A stretch of DNA of 64,000 nucleotides from Escherichia coli (GTDB lineage Bacteria > Pseudomonadota > Gammaproteobacteria > Enterobacterales > Enterobacteriaceae): assembly GCF_009931435.1 (NCBI RefSeq), contig NZ_CP043414.1, one strand, 5' to 3'. A program made the position numbers and the translations under genes. The notes beneath the pieces were generated by a model. It saw nothing but the letters and a program-made list of their open reading frames with translations, searched no databases and had not been told where the DNA came from. Positions 11,268-22,680 of this stretch are shown here, one piece after another. Within the stretch, counting starts at the first letter, position 1. The number at the start of each line of letters is the position of its first letter.

Positions 11268-12343
11268 TATTTTCCCTCACGAGTGATCAATTGTTGTTGA
11301 AAGATTTTCCGGCTCTTATTCATGTCACGCTGCAACTGCCATTTTTGTTTGATGAATTTAAATGCCAGTGCGGCGATCAATGTGATCCCCCATACCGCCA
11401 GATTGAAATGCAAACTAAGTCCCAACAGACTAAGGCCGGTAGCAATAACCTGAAGCACAAGTAAGGCACAAAAAACATGACTGACTTTACCCGCCCCACC
11501 GAATGGATCTGTGCCTCCCAATACAATTGCAAGAACCGTCAAGAGCAGATAGGAATCGCCATAGCCCATACGCGCCGAATTAAATCGCGCGAGCATAATA
11601 AGACCTGCTAATACACACAACATGCTGGATATAGCATATATAGCAATTAATACGCGGTCGGTGCGAATACCGCTAAACCATGTGGCGTTAATATTACTGC
11701 CACACATATAAATCGTTTTTCCCGTACGGGTTTTGCCGAGGAACAGAGCTAAAGCAACGGTGGTGACGATAAAAATTATCATCGGTACTGGGATCCCCAT
11801 GATAACTTCAGACCCAATACTGCGGACTACTGGTGGCATACCACTTAAAGCTGCCCCCTTAGTCAGGTAAATACCGATACCACTAATAATGGTCATGCTA
11901 CCCAATGTGACCAAAATAGGGTGAGCGCCTATATGAGAAATAATTGACCCAGTAATAGCTCCAATGATGATGGCAATAAGCATCGCCCCGACAATAGCCA
12001 GGAAGAGCCAAAACAACTGACTACCTGTAGATGCATCTGCGGGTACATATTGAATCAACAGCCAGGCCATAAACAGGCTGGTCAGATTCGCAGTACCGAT
12101 GATTGCCAGATTGAGCCCCCCGCTCAACATGGGTATAAACATCGCAAACGTGAGCAACCCAAGCTCTGGCAATTGAAATGCAATGCTCAGAAAAGTATTG
12201 CCGGTGAAAAAACGCCCCGGCATTACCAGACTAAATAACACCACCGCAATAAAACATATTGATAATAAGCCTGAACTGGTACCATCTAGTGGAAAAAATA
12301 TCCGCTTGTTCATTTCGATCCTCCCGTTAGACGAAACCAACAT
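11267..12343 (-). CDS. Sugar ABC transporter permease (ribose/xylose-type)
   Basis: 358-aa polytopic membrane ORF in an operon with a second permease and a two-domain ATPase. True start may be the internal MNKRIFF Met, since the first codons overlap the upstream permease. Confidence 0.8.
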   Translation of the reverse strand: MLVSSNGRIEMNKRIFFPLDGTSSGLLSICFIAVVLFSLVMPGRFFTGNTFLSIAFQLPELGLLTFAMFIPMLSGGLNLAIIGTANLTSLFMAWLLIQYVPADASTGSQLFWLFLAIVGAMLIAIIIGAITGSIISHIGAHPILVTLGSMTIISGIGIYLTKGAALSGMPPVVRSIGSEVIMGIPVPMIIFIVTTVALALFLGKTRTGKTIYMCGSNINATWFSGIRTDRVLIAIYAISSMLCVLAGLIMLARFNSARMGYGDSYLLLTVLAIVLGGTDPFGGAGKVSHVFCALLVLQVIATGLSLLGLSLHFNLAVWGITLIAALAFKFIKQKWQLQRDMNKSRKIFQQQLITREGK

Positions 12344-13319
12344 CAGTTTCTTTACGTTTTTTGTAATGGGTCACACAAATCGCCGAGACAATAACCACTC
12401 CAATAACGATATTGACGAAATAACTCGAGATGCCAATCAAATTAAGGCCGTTTTTAAGAATACCGATAAGAAATACGCCCATAAGCGTACCAATGACCGT
12501 ACCACGTCCGCCTGATAAACTGGCACCGCCCAATACCGCTGCAGCCAGCACATCCAACTCTCCGCCAACCAATGCATTCGGCACAACTTCACTCATACGA
12601 TAAGCTTGCAGCATTCCACCAATTGCTGCAGCGGCACCAAGATAACCATAAGCAAACAGATAAATTAGCGACACCCGAATCCCAATACGTCTTGCTGATT
12701 CGGTATTCCCTCCCACGGCATAAAGCTGACGCCCAATATGGGTTTTGTTCATTATCATCCACGTCAGAAATGCCATTCCCAGCATAACCACTAACGGTAA
12801 TCCGATCTGGTAATCTTCTCCGCCAAATTCAAAACTCAGGAAAGAACGCTGCGTAATCCACCAATCCGGTAAATCGTAAATACTGTGGCCATTAGTCAAC
12901 CACATCAACATACCGAACAGTAGCGACTGCATACTAATCGTAATGATGATGGAAACGACATTAAGGTAATAAATAAGAATAGCGTTTATCAAACCAAAAA
13001 TGATGCCAAGAAAAACAGCAAACACCAGACAGAAAAATGGATTTGATAGCGTTTCATTAAGCAGTAACGACGCCACAACATATTGCACAACCGAAGCTAC
13101 TGCTGCAAAAGAGATATCAATTCCGCCAGTAACCAATACGACAAATAATCCGAGGGCGAAAATACCCGTTACGGCATAACTTTCCGAGAGATCGAGCAAG
13201 TTCTGTATTGATAAAAACTCATCGCTCATGATGGAAAAAAATACCAGCATGAGAACAATGACCCATCCTAACCAAGCTTCGACTGAACGAGGAAACCGCA
13301 GCCGCATAAAGCTAACCAT
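12327..13319 (-). CDS. Sugar ABC transporter permease (ribose/xylose-type)
   Basis: 330-aa polytopic membrane ORF; start overlaps the ATPase stop (translational coupling). Confidence 0.8.
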   Translation of the reverse strand: MVSFMRLRFPRSVEAWLGWVIVLMLVFFSIMSDEFLSIQNLLDLSESYAVTGIFALGLFVVLVTGGIDISFAAVASVVQYVVASLLLNETLSNPFFCLVFAVFLGIIFGLINAILIYYLNVVSIIITISMQSLLFGMLMWLTNGHSIYDLPDWWITQRSFLSFEFGGEDYQIGLPLVVMLGMAFLTWMIMNKTHIGRQLYAVGGNTESARRIGIRVSLIYLFAYGYLGAAAAIGGMLQAYRMSEVVPNALVGGELDVLAAAVLGGASLSGGRGTVIGTLMGVFLIGILKNGLNLIGISSYFVNIVIGVVIVSAICVTHYKKRKETDVGFV

Positions 13320-14829
13320 TAATCACCTCCGCCAACTGCTGCTCGGTATAATTCGAAGGCAACAGCTCATTAATAATCTTTCCGCGCTTCATATGAAAAA
13401 TACGATCGCAGTTATAATAAGCTTCTGGTGCTTCATCAGTAATTAATATCACTGAAATACCCACACCTGAAAGCCGATGAATAAGCTGGTAAATACTATC
13501 TTTTGCGCCAATATCTACACCTACCGTTGGCGCATCCAGAATTAAAACCTTAGGTCGTGTTAAAATCCATTTAGCCAGGACAACCTTTTGTTGATTGCCG
13601 CCAGATAGCGTTGAAAGTGGATTATTTGGATCGGTGACTTTAATATCCAAATCCTGGATCCACTCCTTGACTAAGGTTTCTTTTCGATTTTCATCAATAA
13701 ACCCCGATGCCGTCTTTAAACGATCCAGAATCGAGAGCACCATATTATCGCTGATAGATTGGGGTAATACGGCCCCCAGTGTCAGGCGATCTTCTGAAAC
13801 ATATGCTATTCCCAGTTTTACCGCATGCGTGTTGTCTTTAATTGTAACGGGCTTACCTTCCAGATAAATATCACCACTATCTGGTCGAGTAATACCGAAA
13901 AGACTCAATGCTAATTCAGTTCTCCCCGCACCAAGTAAACCACACAATCCCAGAACCTCGCCCTGGTGTAGTTTTAGAGAAACATCTTCAAATTGCCCTT
14001 TTCTGCATAATTTGTTTAGTTCAAGGACTACTTTGCCTTCAACGCTATTTGGTAGCTTCTTCTGGTGGACTATAGTTTTTCCGGTCATTAACTCAGTAAT
14101 ATCGCCCGGAGAAAGTTGATTGGCAGCCCACGTTCCAATTATCTCTCCATCACGGATGACCGTAATCCGATCTGAAATTTCCTTAACTTCATCAAGGCGG
14201 TGGCTAACAAAAACTACGGTAATATTTTTATCGCGTAAGTAATTCACTGTGCGTAGTAATTGATTAACTTCTGTACGCGTCAATGATGCCGTTGGCTCGT
14301 CCATGATGACTAACCGGGCATCGGCAATCAGAGCCCGGCAAATCGCGACCTGTTGGCGTTGTGCAATCGGCAAATGTTGTACTAACGCATCAGGATCGAG
14401 ATTGAATTGCAGCTCCTGAATTATTTTCTGCGATACATCTCGAAGTTGTTTTTTTCTGTGCAGCCCTAAATATCCCTTCAGGTTGTATTCAAAAGCGATA
14501 TTTTCAGCAACAGAAAGATTTGGGAATAAAGAAAGATCCTGATATATCACCTGAATACCCAGTTCCCGAGCTTTATCAGGAGAAAGACGAGTCCAGGACT
14601 TACCATCTATAATAATTTCACTTCCCGAATCAGGGACATAAACACCACACAGCGTTTTGATCAGAGTACTTTTACCACACCCATTCGCACCAGCAAGACA
14701 ATGAACCTCACCTTTATTTAAGGTAAGATTGATATTCTTTAGAGCCCTATGGCCACCGAAACTTTTCGTTAGTGACCTTAGCGTCACTAATGGTTGCTCC
14801 GCATTCTTCTCTATAATATGAGGCATCAT
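13312..14829 (-). CDS. Sugar ABC transporter ATP-binding protein with duplicated ABC domains (RbsA/MglA type)
   Basis: 505-aa ORF with two Walker A sites (GANGCGKST and GLLGAGRTEL) and two signature motifs (LSGGNQQK region). Confidence 0.88.
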   Translation of the reverse strand: MMPHIIEKNAEQPLVTLRSLTKSFGGHRALKNINLTLNKGEVHCLAGANGCGKSTLIKTLCGVYVPDSGSEIIIDGKSWTRLSPDKARELGIQVIYQDLSLFPNLSVAENIAFEYNLKGYLGLHRKKQLRDVSQKIIQELQFNLDPDALVQHLPIAQRQQVAICRALIADARLVIMDEPTASLTRTEVNQLLRTVNYLRDKNITVVFVSHRLDEVKEISDRITVIRDGEIIGTWAANQLSPGDITELMTGKTIVHQKKLPNSVEGKVVLELNKLCRKGQFEDVSLKLHQGEVLGLCGLLGAGRTELALSLFGITRPDSGDIYLEGKPVTIKDNTHAVKLGIAYVSEDRLTLGAVLPQSISDNMVLSILDRLKTASGFIDENRKETLVKEWIQDLDIKVTDPNNPLSTLSGGNQQKVVLAKWILTRPKVLILDAPTVGVDIGAKDSIYQLIHRLSGVGISVILITDEAPEAYYNCDRIFHMKRGKIINELLPSNYTEQQLAEVING

Positions 14830-14892
14830 AATATTCCTGAATACGACTAAAGGAATTCCGGGTCAAATTTGACCCGGTGATTTACGGTAAAA

Positions 14893-15897
14893 TTACAAGC
14901 CTAGCTTCACTAAACGTCGTGTATTTTCAAGATCGAGCTTTTCTGGATTATCACTATAAATAGTGTTGTTATTAACCTTGATCTCGCCCATATCACCGAT
15001 TTTTACACCGTCTTTAATAGGTTCACCGTTCATCATTGCCGTCGCAACCTGGACAAAAACCTTACCCGCAATCATAGGGTTTGAAATATATCCCCCATCA
15101 ATGGCACCTTTTTCGAGTAGCTTAATTCCCTGACCTGGAGTGAAGGTTCCAAAAACGCAAATTGCATCATTTTTCTTCCGCTTATCAATAGCACGCCCCG
15201 CACCAATTGGTCCTTGTGAACCAAATGACATAATGCCTTTAAGATCTTTATATTTAGACATTAAATCGTTCGTCGTGCGCATTGAATCATCCACCGACTC
15301 AGCAACACCAAAACGATCTTCAACCAACGTCATATTTGGATAATGTTCTTTTTGATAGGCAATCGCGGCATTGGCCCAGTCATTTACCAAAGGCACAGTC
15401 AGACTGCCGACAAACATGGCGTATTTACCTTCTTCGCCCATACACTTCGCCATATCTTTCATATGATTGGCACCCATTGTCTGGGTATTTAACAACTCAA
15501 AATCCCAATCTGCATTTTTTTGATCTGGTGATTCGTGGGTAATAACTTTAATACCGGCTTCTTGTGCACGCTTAAGTACAGGTTCAAGAACCTTTGCATC
15601 GTTAGGAACAACACCAATAACATCCACTTTTCGTGCAATTAAATCTTCAATCGCCCGAACCTGTTCAGCTGGATCTGCCGTTGTAGGGCCGACCTGCCAT
15701 GCATCAACCCCCAATAGTTTTCCTTCATTTTTAATGCCTTGTTCCATCACATTAAACCAGGGAATTCCACCGACTTTTACTACTACCCCCATCGTAAAAG
15801 GTTTATTCGCTTTTTGTGATGTTACAGTCTGATCAGCCCATGCAGCAGTGGAAGATAATACGGTAGCAATAAGGCAGGGTAAGATTAATTTTTTCAT
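14893..15897 (-). CDS. Periplasmic sugar-binding protein of the ABC transporter
   Basis: 334-aa ORF with signal peptide MKKLILPCLIATVLSSTAAWA and a periplasmic-binding-protein type I fold pattern; first gene after the regulator. Confidence 0.8.
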   Translation of the reverse strand: MKKLILPCLIATVLSSTAAWADQTVTSQKANKPFTMGVVVKVGGIPWFNVMEQGIKNEGKLLGVDAWQVGPTTADPAEQVRAIEDLIARKVDVIGVVPNDAKVLEPVLKRAQEAGIKVITHESPDQKNADWDFELLNTQTMGANHMKDMAKCMGEEGKYAMFVGSLTVPLVNDWANAAIAYQKEHYPNMTLVEDRFGVAESVDDSMRTTNDLMSKYKDLKGIMSFGSQGPIGAGRAIDKRKKNDAICVFGTFTPGQGIKLLEKGAIDGGYISNPMIAGKVFVQVATAMMNGEPIKDGVKIGDMGEIKVNNNTIYSDNPEKLDLENTRRLVKLGL

Positions 15898-16019
15898 CGT
15901 AATTTCCTTAAGAAATAGTTCAGGTGTCAGGAAAACTCGATATAATATCGACCTGACTATTTATATAATTTATAATCCCTTAGGCATTGATTAATAATTT
16001 AGACAATAAATAACGCCTA

Positions 16020-16829
16020 TTATTTATCAACCTCCACAATGTTTAATTGTGGAAATTGTGTTCGATACCGAGTATCTGTACAAACATTAGTCACCAGAAT
16101 ATCGATTTCATCCAGCGTGCATATTTTACTAAATGCATACTGTTCAAACTTAGTGGAGTCGACCAGCAATATTTTTTGTCCTGACACCTGAAGCATCACC
16201 TGTTTAAGTCTGGCATTAATTTCACTGCCATCGCGGACACCATTCCCCAGATTCAACCCCTGGCATGAAAAGAAAAAACTGTTGATTTGAAAATTTCGGA
16301 TCGCACTCTCTGCAACCGGGCCATGAAAATCATCATGTCGCTCAGAATACTCACCACCGATACCAATAATTCGAACTCGATCACGGCAAGCTAACGCCTG
16401 AATTATCCGTAATGAATTTGTAACTACGGTAACATCTATATCGGGAATTTGACGAGCTAAAAACCAACAAGTACTACTGTTATCCATTAAAATACAATCA
16501 CCAGGGTGAATAAATTGCAATGCGGCCTTCGCAATTCTGGCTTTTATATCAGGATTTTCTTCAGTCCGTTTACGGAATGATTCCGCACGATCGATACTAT
16601 TATCTTGCCACGCATTATCGGCGAGCATAACCGGAGCGCTATCAGATGAATCCAGAGCGACCGCGCCACCAAAGCTACGGATTAACTTTTTGTTGCGCTC
16701 CAGTACCGTTAAATCCCGACGAATTGTCTCAGGAGACGCTTTAAATAATCGTGATAATTCAGTTACCCGCACAGCACCTTGTTTTTGTACATGTGCGCAT
16801 ATCATTTTATGGCGCTCTGCCTGCAACAT
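16020..16829 (-). CDS. DeoR-family transcriptional regulator
   Basis: 269-aa ORF with N-terminal HTH (VRVTELSRLFKASPETIRRDLTVLERNKKLIRSFGGA) and a DeoR C-terminal sugar-phosphate-binding region. Confidence 0.85.
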   Translation of the reverse strand: MLQAERHKMICAHVQKQGAVRVTELSRLFKASPETIRRDLTVLERNKKLIRSFGGAVALDSSDSAPVMLADNAWQDNSIDRAESFRKRTEENPDIKARIAKAALQFIHPGDCILMDNSSTCWFLARQIPDIDVTVVTNSLRIIQALACRDRVRIIGIGGEYSERHDDFHGPVAESAIRNFQINSFFFSCQGLNLGNGVRDGSEINARLKQVMLQVSGQKILLVDSTKFEQYAFSKICTLDEIDILVTNVCTDTRYRTQFPQLNIVEVDK

Positions 16830-17270
16830 AGTATCGGTCCGTTATTATCAAATTAGCATGCTTATATAATTAACTGTTCCCTCATAAAATAAAGTGATAG
16901 GAATCAAGATTCATTTTATAATTATAATCGCAAACAGGAATGGTGATCTTTATCACAAATTAAATTGAGAACACTCTACTATTTGACATTACTTTGAGAT
17001 ATCGGTCACTAAATAAGTCTTATTCTGCCATCTAACGAAAAATTTAAATACAAAAACAAAAATAATCGGGCATAGCAATCGCTTCCATTCATGACCGAAT
17101 ACGCCCGAATAAAACCGTTTATACCCACTTATCCTCTTTCGTTGCCTTCTTACATGCCTTGAATATTTTACATTTCTTATATTCAGCGTAATTTAGGAAA
17201 CATAATTTATGAGCAAAAAAAGCCCAAACTCAAAAGTTAAAGTTTATTTATATAATACATACAGATTATC

Positions 17271-17975
17271 GTGGAGTTAAAAATGGATATGCTAAAGGAA
17301 AAAGTTCTTGCTGCGAATTTATCATTACCCCTTCATCAGTTAGTGACGTTTACCTGGGGAAATGTTAGTGGTGTTGATCGCGAAAAAGGTGTCATGGTTA
17401 TTAAACCTTCTGGGGTCGAATACAGCCAAATGGGCATTGCAGATATGGTGGTAGTGGATTTACAAAGTGGTGAAGTTATTGATGGACACAGGAAACCCTC
17501 TTCAGACACCGATACTCATCTGGCGCTATACCGTGCTTTCCCGGATATTGGTGGTATCGTTCATACCCATTCCCGACACGCCACAATATGGGCTCAGGCC
17601 GGAAAAGATCTCACGGCCTTTGGGACAACCCACGCTGATTATTTCTACGGCACTATCCCCTGTACACGCCCCATGAAGGATGACGAAATTAATGGACAAT
17701 ATGAATATGAAACGGGGCGAGTGATTATTGAAACGTTCAGACAACGAGAAATATCTCCCGCTGACATTCCGGCTGTTTTAGTAAACAGTCATGGCCCCTT
17801 TGCCTGGGGAACTGATCCCGCGAACGCCGTGCATAACGCCGTTGTACTTGAAGAAATTGCCTATATGAATCTCTTTACACAACAACTACAGCCCCATCTT
17901 ACGGCTATTCAACAGCCTCTACTGGATAAGCATTTTTTACGCAAGCATGGTGCCAATGCTTATTACGGGCAGTAA
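17271..17975 (+). CDS. L-ribulose-5-phosphate 4-epimerase (AraD/SgbE/UlaF class II aldolase family)
   Basis: 234-aa ORF; [41 protein letters not shown]...[17 protein letters not shown]...[16 protein letters not shown]...HSHGPFAWG...[17 protein letters not shown] is very close to AraD. Start may be one of the downstream Mets. Confidence 0.88.
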   Translation: MELKMDMLKEKVLAANLSLPLHQLVTFTWGNVSGVDREKGVMVIKPSGVEYSQMGIADMVVVDLQSGEVIDGHRKPSSDTDTHLALYRAFPDIGGIVHTHSRHATIWAQAGKDLTAFGTTHADYFYGTIPCTRPMKDDEINGQYEYETGRVIIETFRQREISPADIPAVLVNSHGPFAWGTDPANAVHNAVVLEEIAYMNLFTQQLQPHLTAIQQPLLDKHFLRKHGANAYYGQ

Positions 17976-18024
17976 CCCTCTTAGCATGGCCTGGCGTTTT
18001 GCCAAGCCATAAATCGCCTAAGAC

Positions 18025-19398
18025 TTACTCCAACCGCGCCTGCGCAAAAGCAATCGCCTGCGCCACCTGCTGCGGTGAGACGCCGCCTTTTGCCGCACGC
18101 TTGTCGAGGCACGATTGCAGCGACAGAATCGGATAGACATCTTCGCCAATCACCTGACTGAATTTCTGCAACTCACTGAGCGGCAGATCTTCCAGCGGTT
18201 TGCCCTGACGAATGGCTTCCACCACCGCTTCACCAACAATATGGTGCGCCTCGCGGAACGGCACACCTTTCGCCACCAGGTAATCCGCCAGTTCAGTGGC
18301 GTTCGCATACCCCTGCTGCGCCGCTTCCTGGCAACGTGGGCGTTTCACCTGAATGCCGTCCAGCACCAGCGCCGCCATATGCAGGCAGTCCAGCCAGGTA
18401 TCGAGCGCGTCGAATAAGCCCTCTTTGTCTTCCTGCATATCTTTGTTGTAAGCCAGCGGCAAACCTTTCAGCGTCATCATCATGCCAGTCAACGCGCCCT
18501 GAACACGACCGCATTTACCCCGAATCAGCTCCAGCGCATCCGGGTTTTTCTTCTGCGGCATTAATGATGAACCGGAAGTCACGCGATCAGAAAGCTCCAC
18601 AAAACCCGCTTCGCCGGTGTTAAAGAAAATCAGATCTTCGGCAAAACGCGACAAATGCACCATACCGATAGCGGCGGCAGAAAGCAGTTCCAGCACGTGG
18701 TCGCGGTCAGAAACGCTGTCGAGACTGTTACGGGTCGCCGAGGCAAAGCCCAGCCAGCCTGCTAACTGTTCACGGTCGATTTCATAAGCCGTTCCCGCCA
18801 GTGCGCCACAGCCTAACGGGCTGACATCCAGACGCTTAAGCGCATCCTGCAAACGACTTTCATCACGCGCCAGCATCTCAACATAGGCCAGGCACCAGTG
18901 CGCGAACGTCACCGGCTGGGCGCGTTGCAGGTGAGTGTAACCAGGCATTACCGCGTCCTGATTATTCTGCGCGGTCTCGACCAGAGCGGATTGTAACTGT
19001 CGGTTAGCCGTCAGTAACTCGCTAACGGTATCTTTGCACCACAGTTTCAGGTCAGTCGCTACCTGATCATTACGGCTACGCCCGGTGTGCAGTTTTTTGC
19101 CTAACTGGCCCACTTTGTCGATCAGTTTGCCTTCTACCCAGCTATGGATATCTTCAGCGTCGCTTTCAAGAATTTGTTGTGGTCTGGCGCGAACATCTTC
19201 CAGCAGCACATTGAGCGCCTCTTCCAGTTGCACCTGTTCTTCTGCGGTTAACACGCCTACCGTTACCAGCGCTTTGGACCAGGCCACAGAGCCAACAATA
19301 TCCTGCTCCGCCAGACGGTAATCAAAGCGCAGTGAGTCGTTGAATTGTTTAAACCGTTGATCTGCTGCCTGGGTAAAACGCCCGCCCCAAAGTGCCAT
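18025..19398 (-). CDS. argH: Argininosuccinate lyase
   Basis: 457-aa [47 protein letters not shown], full-length ArgH. Confidence 0.95.
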   Translation of the reverse strand: MALWGGRFTQAADQRFKQFNDSLRFDYRLAEQDIVGSVAWSKALVTVGVLTAEEQVQLEEALNVLLEDVRARPQQILESDAEDIHSWVEGKLIDKVGQLGKKLHTGRSRNDQVATDLKLWCKDTVSELLTANRQLQSALVETAQNNQDAVMPGYTHLQRAQPVTFAHWCLAYVEMLARDESRLQDALKRLDVSPLGCGALAGTAYEIDREQLAGWLGFASATRNSLDSVSDRDHVLELLSAAAIGMVHLSRFAEDLIFFNTGEAGFVELSDRVTSGSSLMPQKKNPDALELIRGKCGRVQGALTGMMMTLKGLPLAYNKDMQEDKEGLFDALDTWLDCLHMAALVLDGIQVKRPRCQEAAQQGYANATELADYLVAKGVPFREAHHIVGEAVVEAIRQGKPLEDLPLSELQKFSQVIGEDVYPILSLQSCLDKRAAKGGVSPQQVAQAIAFAQARLE

Positions 19399-19458
19399 AA
19401 CTCTGTTTCCTTATTTTGAAATTCAATGCCAGAAAGCTACGTCTCCGGCCAACAAAAC

Positions 19459-20235
19459 TTAAGCTAAAATCCGCGTACCCATCGGCATACCGTTAAACAG
19501 TGCCGGAAGCTGTTCCGCATGACGCCAGGAAGCGATATCTACCGGGCGGCCCAGCGTGCGCGCAGCATCCAGCGCCGCGTTCACTTTCACTATCATGCCG
19601 TCAGTAATAATGCCCTGCTCAATCAGTTGTTCTGCTTTCGCGGCGGTCATTTCGGCAATACGTTGCCCTTTGCCGTCGAGAATACCGCTGACATCAGAGA
19701 GCAAAATCAGATCTGCGCCCAGCGTTGCCGCCAGCGCCGTCGCCGCCTGGTCGGCATTGACGTTCATCAGTTGCCCTTCGTCTGTTACGCCAATGGAGCT
19801 GACCACCGGCAGATAACCGTTCTCCAGCAATGTGTTGATAAGCTTAGGCGAACCTGGCTGCGCCAGTCCAACATGGCCTAACTCTTCATCGAGCTGGGTC
19901 ACTTTTACGCTGTCGCCGTCACCAAGAAACAGGCCTACGCCAGCAATCTGATGTTTCTTCGCCCACGCCAGCAAGGTTTTATTTGCCGTTCCCGCCAGCG
20001 CCCCGGTGATAATGTCTATCTGATCCGCAGGCGTCACCCGCAGGCCATTTTTCTTTTTCACCGGCAGATTCAGCCCTTTCATTAGTTCATCCACCACGCA
20101 GCCGCCGCCGTGAACAATCACCAGCGGACGCTGATGTGACTCACGATAATTCACCAGTGCGCTAAACAGACGTTCCAGCGCCTCTTCGCTATCCAACAGT
20201 ACGCCGCCCAGTTTGATAATTAATGGATTCATCAT
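19459..20235 (-). CDS. argB: Acetylglutamate kinase
   Basis: ORF 19459..20313; start placed at [30 protein letters not shown] (258 aa). Confidence 0.93.
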   Translation of the reverse strand: MMNPLIIKLGGVLLDSEEALERLFSALVNYRESHQRPLVIVHGGGCVVDELMKGLNLPVKKKNGLRVTPADQIDIITGALAGTANKTLLAWAKKHQIAGVGLFLGDGDSVKVTQLDEELGHVGLAQPGSPKLINTLLENGYLPVVSSIGVTDEGQLMNVNADQAATALAATLGADLILLSDVSGILDGKGQRIAEMTAAKAEQLIEQGIITDGMIVKVNAALDAARTLGRPVDIASWRHAEQLPALFNGMPMGTRILA

Positions 20236-20242
20236 TGCACCC

Positions 20243-21247
20243 TTAAATAAGAGACTGCGTTTCCGCATAGCCGAAACGAATATTGGCGCACTGTACCGCT
20301 TGTGCCGCCGCACCTTTCAGTAAGTTGTCTTCGGTCGCCACAATAATCAGATGCTCGCCCTGAACTGCAAACCCGATATCGCAAAACGGCAGCCCGACGA
20401 CATTTTTCAGCGCCGGAACGCCTTTGTCATACAACCGTACCAACGGTTTATGGGCATACGCCTGCTGCAACGCTTGCGCGACTTGCGCCTGGTTTACACC
20501 ATGCTTCAGGCGGCAGGTAATGGTTTCGAGAATGCCACGAGGGAAATTGCCCAGATGCGGGGTGAAAATCACGTCAGCACCGAGATGCGTGGCGATCTCC
20601 GGTTGATGGCGATGGGTAAAGACACCGTATGGTTGCAGGCTAACTTCGCAAAAGCTGTTTGAAATTGCCGCTTTACGTCCTGCACCGCTCACACCGCTGG
20701 TGGCGTTGATGACCGGCCACTGATTGAGGTCAAGGAGATCGGCGTCAATCAACGGTTTCAGCGCCAACTGCGCTGCCGTCGGATAACAGCCCGGCACCGC
20801 AATCAAGTTCGCTTCTTTTAATTTATTGCCGCACCACTCCGCCAGCCCATAAGCCGCCTGATCAAGCAGTTCCGGGTATTGATGGGTAAAGCCGTAATAT
20901 TTTTCATAGAAGGCGGCGTCATTAACGCGAAACGCGCCGGAAAGGTCGAACACCACACAGCCTGCTTCGAGAAATTGCGGCGCTAAATCGTGGCTAACTT
21001 CATGGGCGGTGGCGAGAAACACCACGTCCACCCCTGGGCTAAACTCGCTGATATCCGACATCGGCTGCAACGGCAGATCAACGACGCCTTTGAGCTGCGG
21101 ATGCAAATCGGAGATTAACTTTCCCGCATCATTGCTTTGCGCTGAGACAGTCAAAGCGGTTATGTTCATATGCGGATGGCGATTTACATAGGTCACTAGC
21201 TCTGCGCCAGCATAACCGCTGGCACCCACAATCAGCGTATTCAACAT
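20243..21247 (-). CDS. argC: N-acetyl-gamma-glutamyl-phosphate reductase
   Basis: 334-aa [38 protein letters not shown]. Confidence 0.95.
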   Translation of the reverse strand: MLNTLIVGASGYAGAELVTYVNRHPHMNITALTVSAQSNDAGKLISDLHPQLKGVVDLPLQPMSDISEFSPGVDVVFLATAHEVSHDLAPQFLEAGCVVFDLSGAFRVNDAAFYEKYYGFTHQYPELLDQAAYGLAEWCGNKLKEANLIAVPGCYPTAAQLALKPLIDADLLDLNQWPVINATSGVSGAGRKAAISNSFCEVSLQPYGVFTHRHQPEIATHLGADVIFTPHLGNFPRGILETITCRLKHGVNQAQVAQALQQAYAHKPLVRLYDKGVPALKNVVGLPFCDIGFAVQGEHLIIVATEDNLLKGAAAQAVQCANIRFGYAETQSLI

Positions 21248-21400
21248 CGGGGCTATTCACCTTCTTATGTCTGGTTGCCTGGTTAAACGTAAAACATTCA
21301 CCTTACGGCTGGTGGGTTTTATTACGCTCAACGTTAGTGTATTTTTATTCACAATTAATGCATGAATATTGATACTATCATGACCAGAGGTGTGTCAACA
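21248..21400. promoter_or_regulatory. Divergent argE / argCBH control region with ARG boxes
   Basis: AT-rich intergenic region containing tattcacaattaatgcatgaatattgatac, which resembles tandem ArgR operator half-sites; placement matches the known bipolar argECBH operon. Confidence 0.5.
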
Positions 21401-22552
21401 ATGAAAAACAAATTACCGCCATTTATCGAGATTTACCGCGCTCTGATTGCCACACCTTCAATAAGCGCTACGGAAGAGGCTCTCGATCAAAGCAATGCAG
21501 ATTTAATCACTCTGCTGGCGGGCTGGTTTAAAAATTTGGGCTTCAATGTGGAAGTGCAGCCCGTGCCAGGAACTCGCAACAAATTTAATATGCTGGCAAG
21601 TTGCGGACAGGGTGCTGGCGGCCTGCTGCTGGCCGGTCATACTGATACCGTACCGTTTGATGATGGGCGCTGGACGCGCGATCCGTTTACGCTGACGGAA
21701 CATGACGGCAAGCTTTACGGCTTAGGCACTGCCGACATGAAAGGCTTCTTTGCGTTTATCCTCGATGCGCTGCGCGACGTCGACGTCACGAAACTGAAAA
21801 AGCCGCTCTACATTCTGGCGACTGCCGATGAAGAAACCAGTATGGCCGGAGCGCGTTATTTTGCCGAAACTACCGCCCTGCGCCCGGATTGCGCCATCAT
21901 TGGCGAGCCAACGTCGCTGCAACCGGTACGCGCGCATAAAGGCCACATCTCAAATGCCATTCGAATTATGGGTCAGTCGGGCCACTCCAGCGATCCGTCG
22001 CGCGGGGTTAACGCTATCGAACTGATGCACGACGCCATTGGCCATATTTTGCAATTGCGCGATAACCTGAAAGAACACTATCACTATGAAGCGTTTACCG
22101 TGCCATACCCCACGCTCAACCTCGGGCATATTCACGGCGGCGACGCCTCTAACCGAATTTGCGCTTGTTGTGAGTTGCATATGGATATTCGTCCGCTGCC
22201 TGGCATGACGCTCAATGAACTTAACGGCTTGCTCAACGACGCGCTGGCGCCGGTGAGCGAACGCTGGCCGGGTCGTCTGACGGTCGAAGAGTTGCACCCA
22301 CCGATCCCAGGCTATGAATGCCCGCCAAATCATCAACTGGTTGAAGTGGTTGAGAAATTGCTCGGAGCAAAGACCGAAGTGGTTAACTACTGTACCGAAG
22401 CGCCGTTTATTCAGACATTATGCCCGACACTGGTGCTAGGCCCTGGCTCAATTAATCAGGCCCATCAACCTGATGAATACCTGGAGACGCGTTTTATCAA
22501 GCCCACCCGTGAGCTTATCACCCAGGTAATTCACCATTTCTGCTGGCATTAA
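21401..22552 (+). CDS. argE: Acetylornithine deacetylase
   Basis: ORF 21362..22552; start placed at [43 protein letters not shown] (383 aa). Confidence 0.93.
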   Translation: MKNKLPPFIEIYRALIATPSISATEEALDQSNADLITLLAGWFKNLGFNVEVQPVPGTRNKFNMLASCGQGAGGLLLAGHTDTVPFDDGRWTRDPFTLTEHDGKLYGLGTADMKGFFAFILDALRDVDVTKLKKPLYILATADEETSMAGARYFAETTALRPDCAIIGEPTSLQPVRAHKGHISNAIRIMGQSGHSSDPSRGVNAIELMHDAIGHILQLRDNLKEHYHYEAFTVPYPTLNLGHIHGGDASNRICACCELHMDIRPLPGMTLNELNGLLNDALAPVSERWPGRLTVEELHPPIPGYECPPNHQLVEVVEKLLGAKTEVVNYCTEAPFIQTLCPTLVLGPGSINQAHQPDEYLETRFIKPTRELITQVIHHFCWH

Positions 22553-22680
22553 AACGCAGGCTGGATAAGGCGTTTACGCCGCATCCGGCACCGTTGTCAA
22601 ACGCCAGCGCCGCAATAATGTCGGATGCGATGCTTACGCATCTTATCCGACCTACACTTTTGGTGTTATGTGCGGCGAAT
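22553..22680. repeat. REP (repetitive extragenic palindrome) cluster
   Basis: gcaggctggataaggcgtttacgccgcatccggcac and gtcggatgcgatgcttacgcatcttatccgacctaca are classical REP units. Confidence 0.7.

Noticed and set aside
21950-22336. 128-aa minus-strand ORF and other short ORFs inside argE, ppc, ptsA, metL and katG
   Set aside because: All are antisense or out-of-frame shadows within well-supported long genes.
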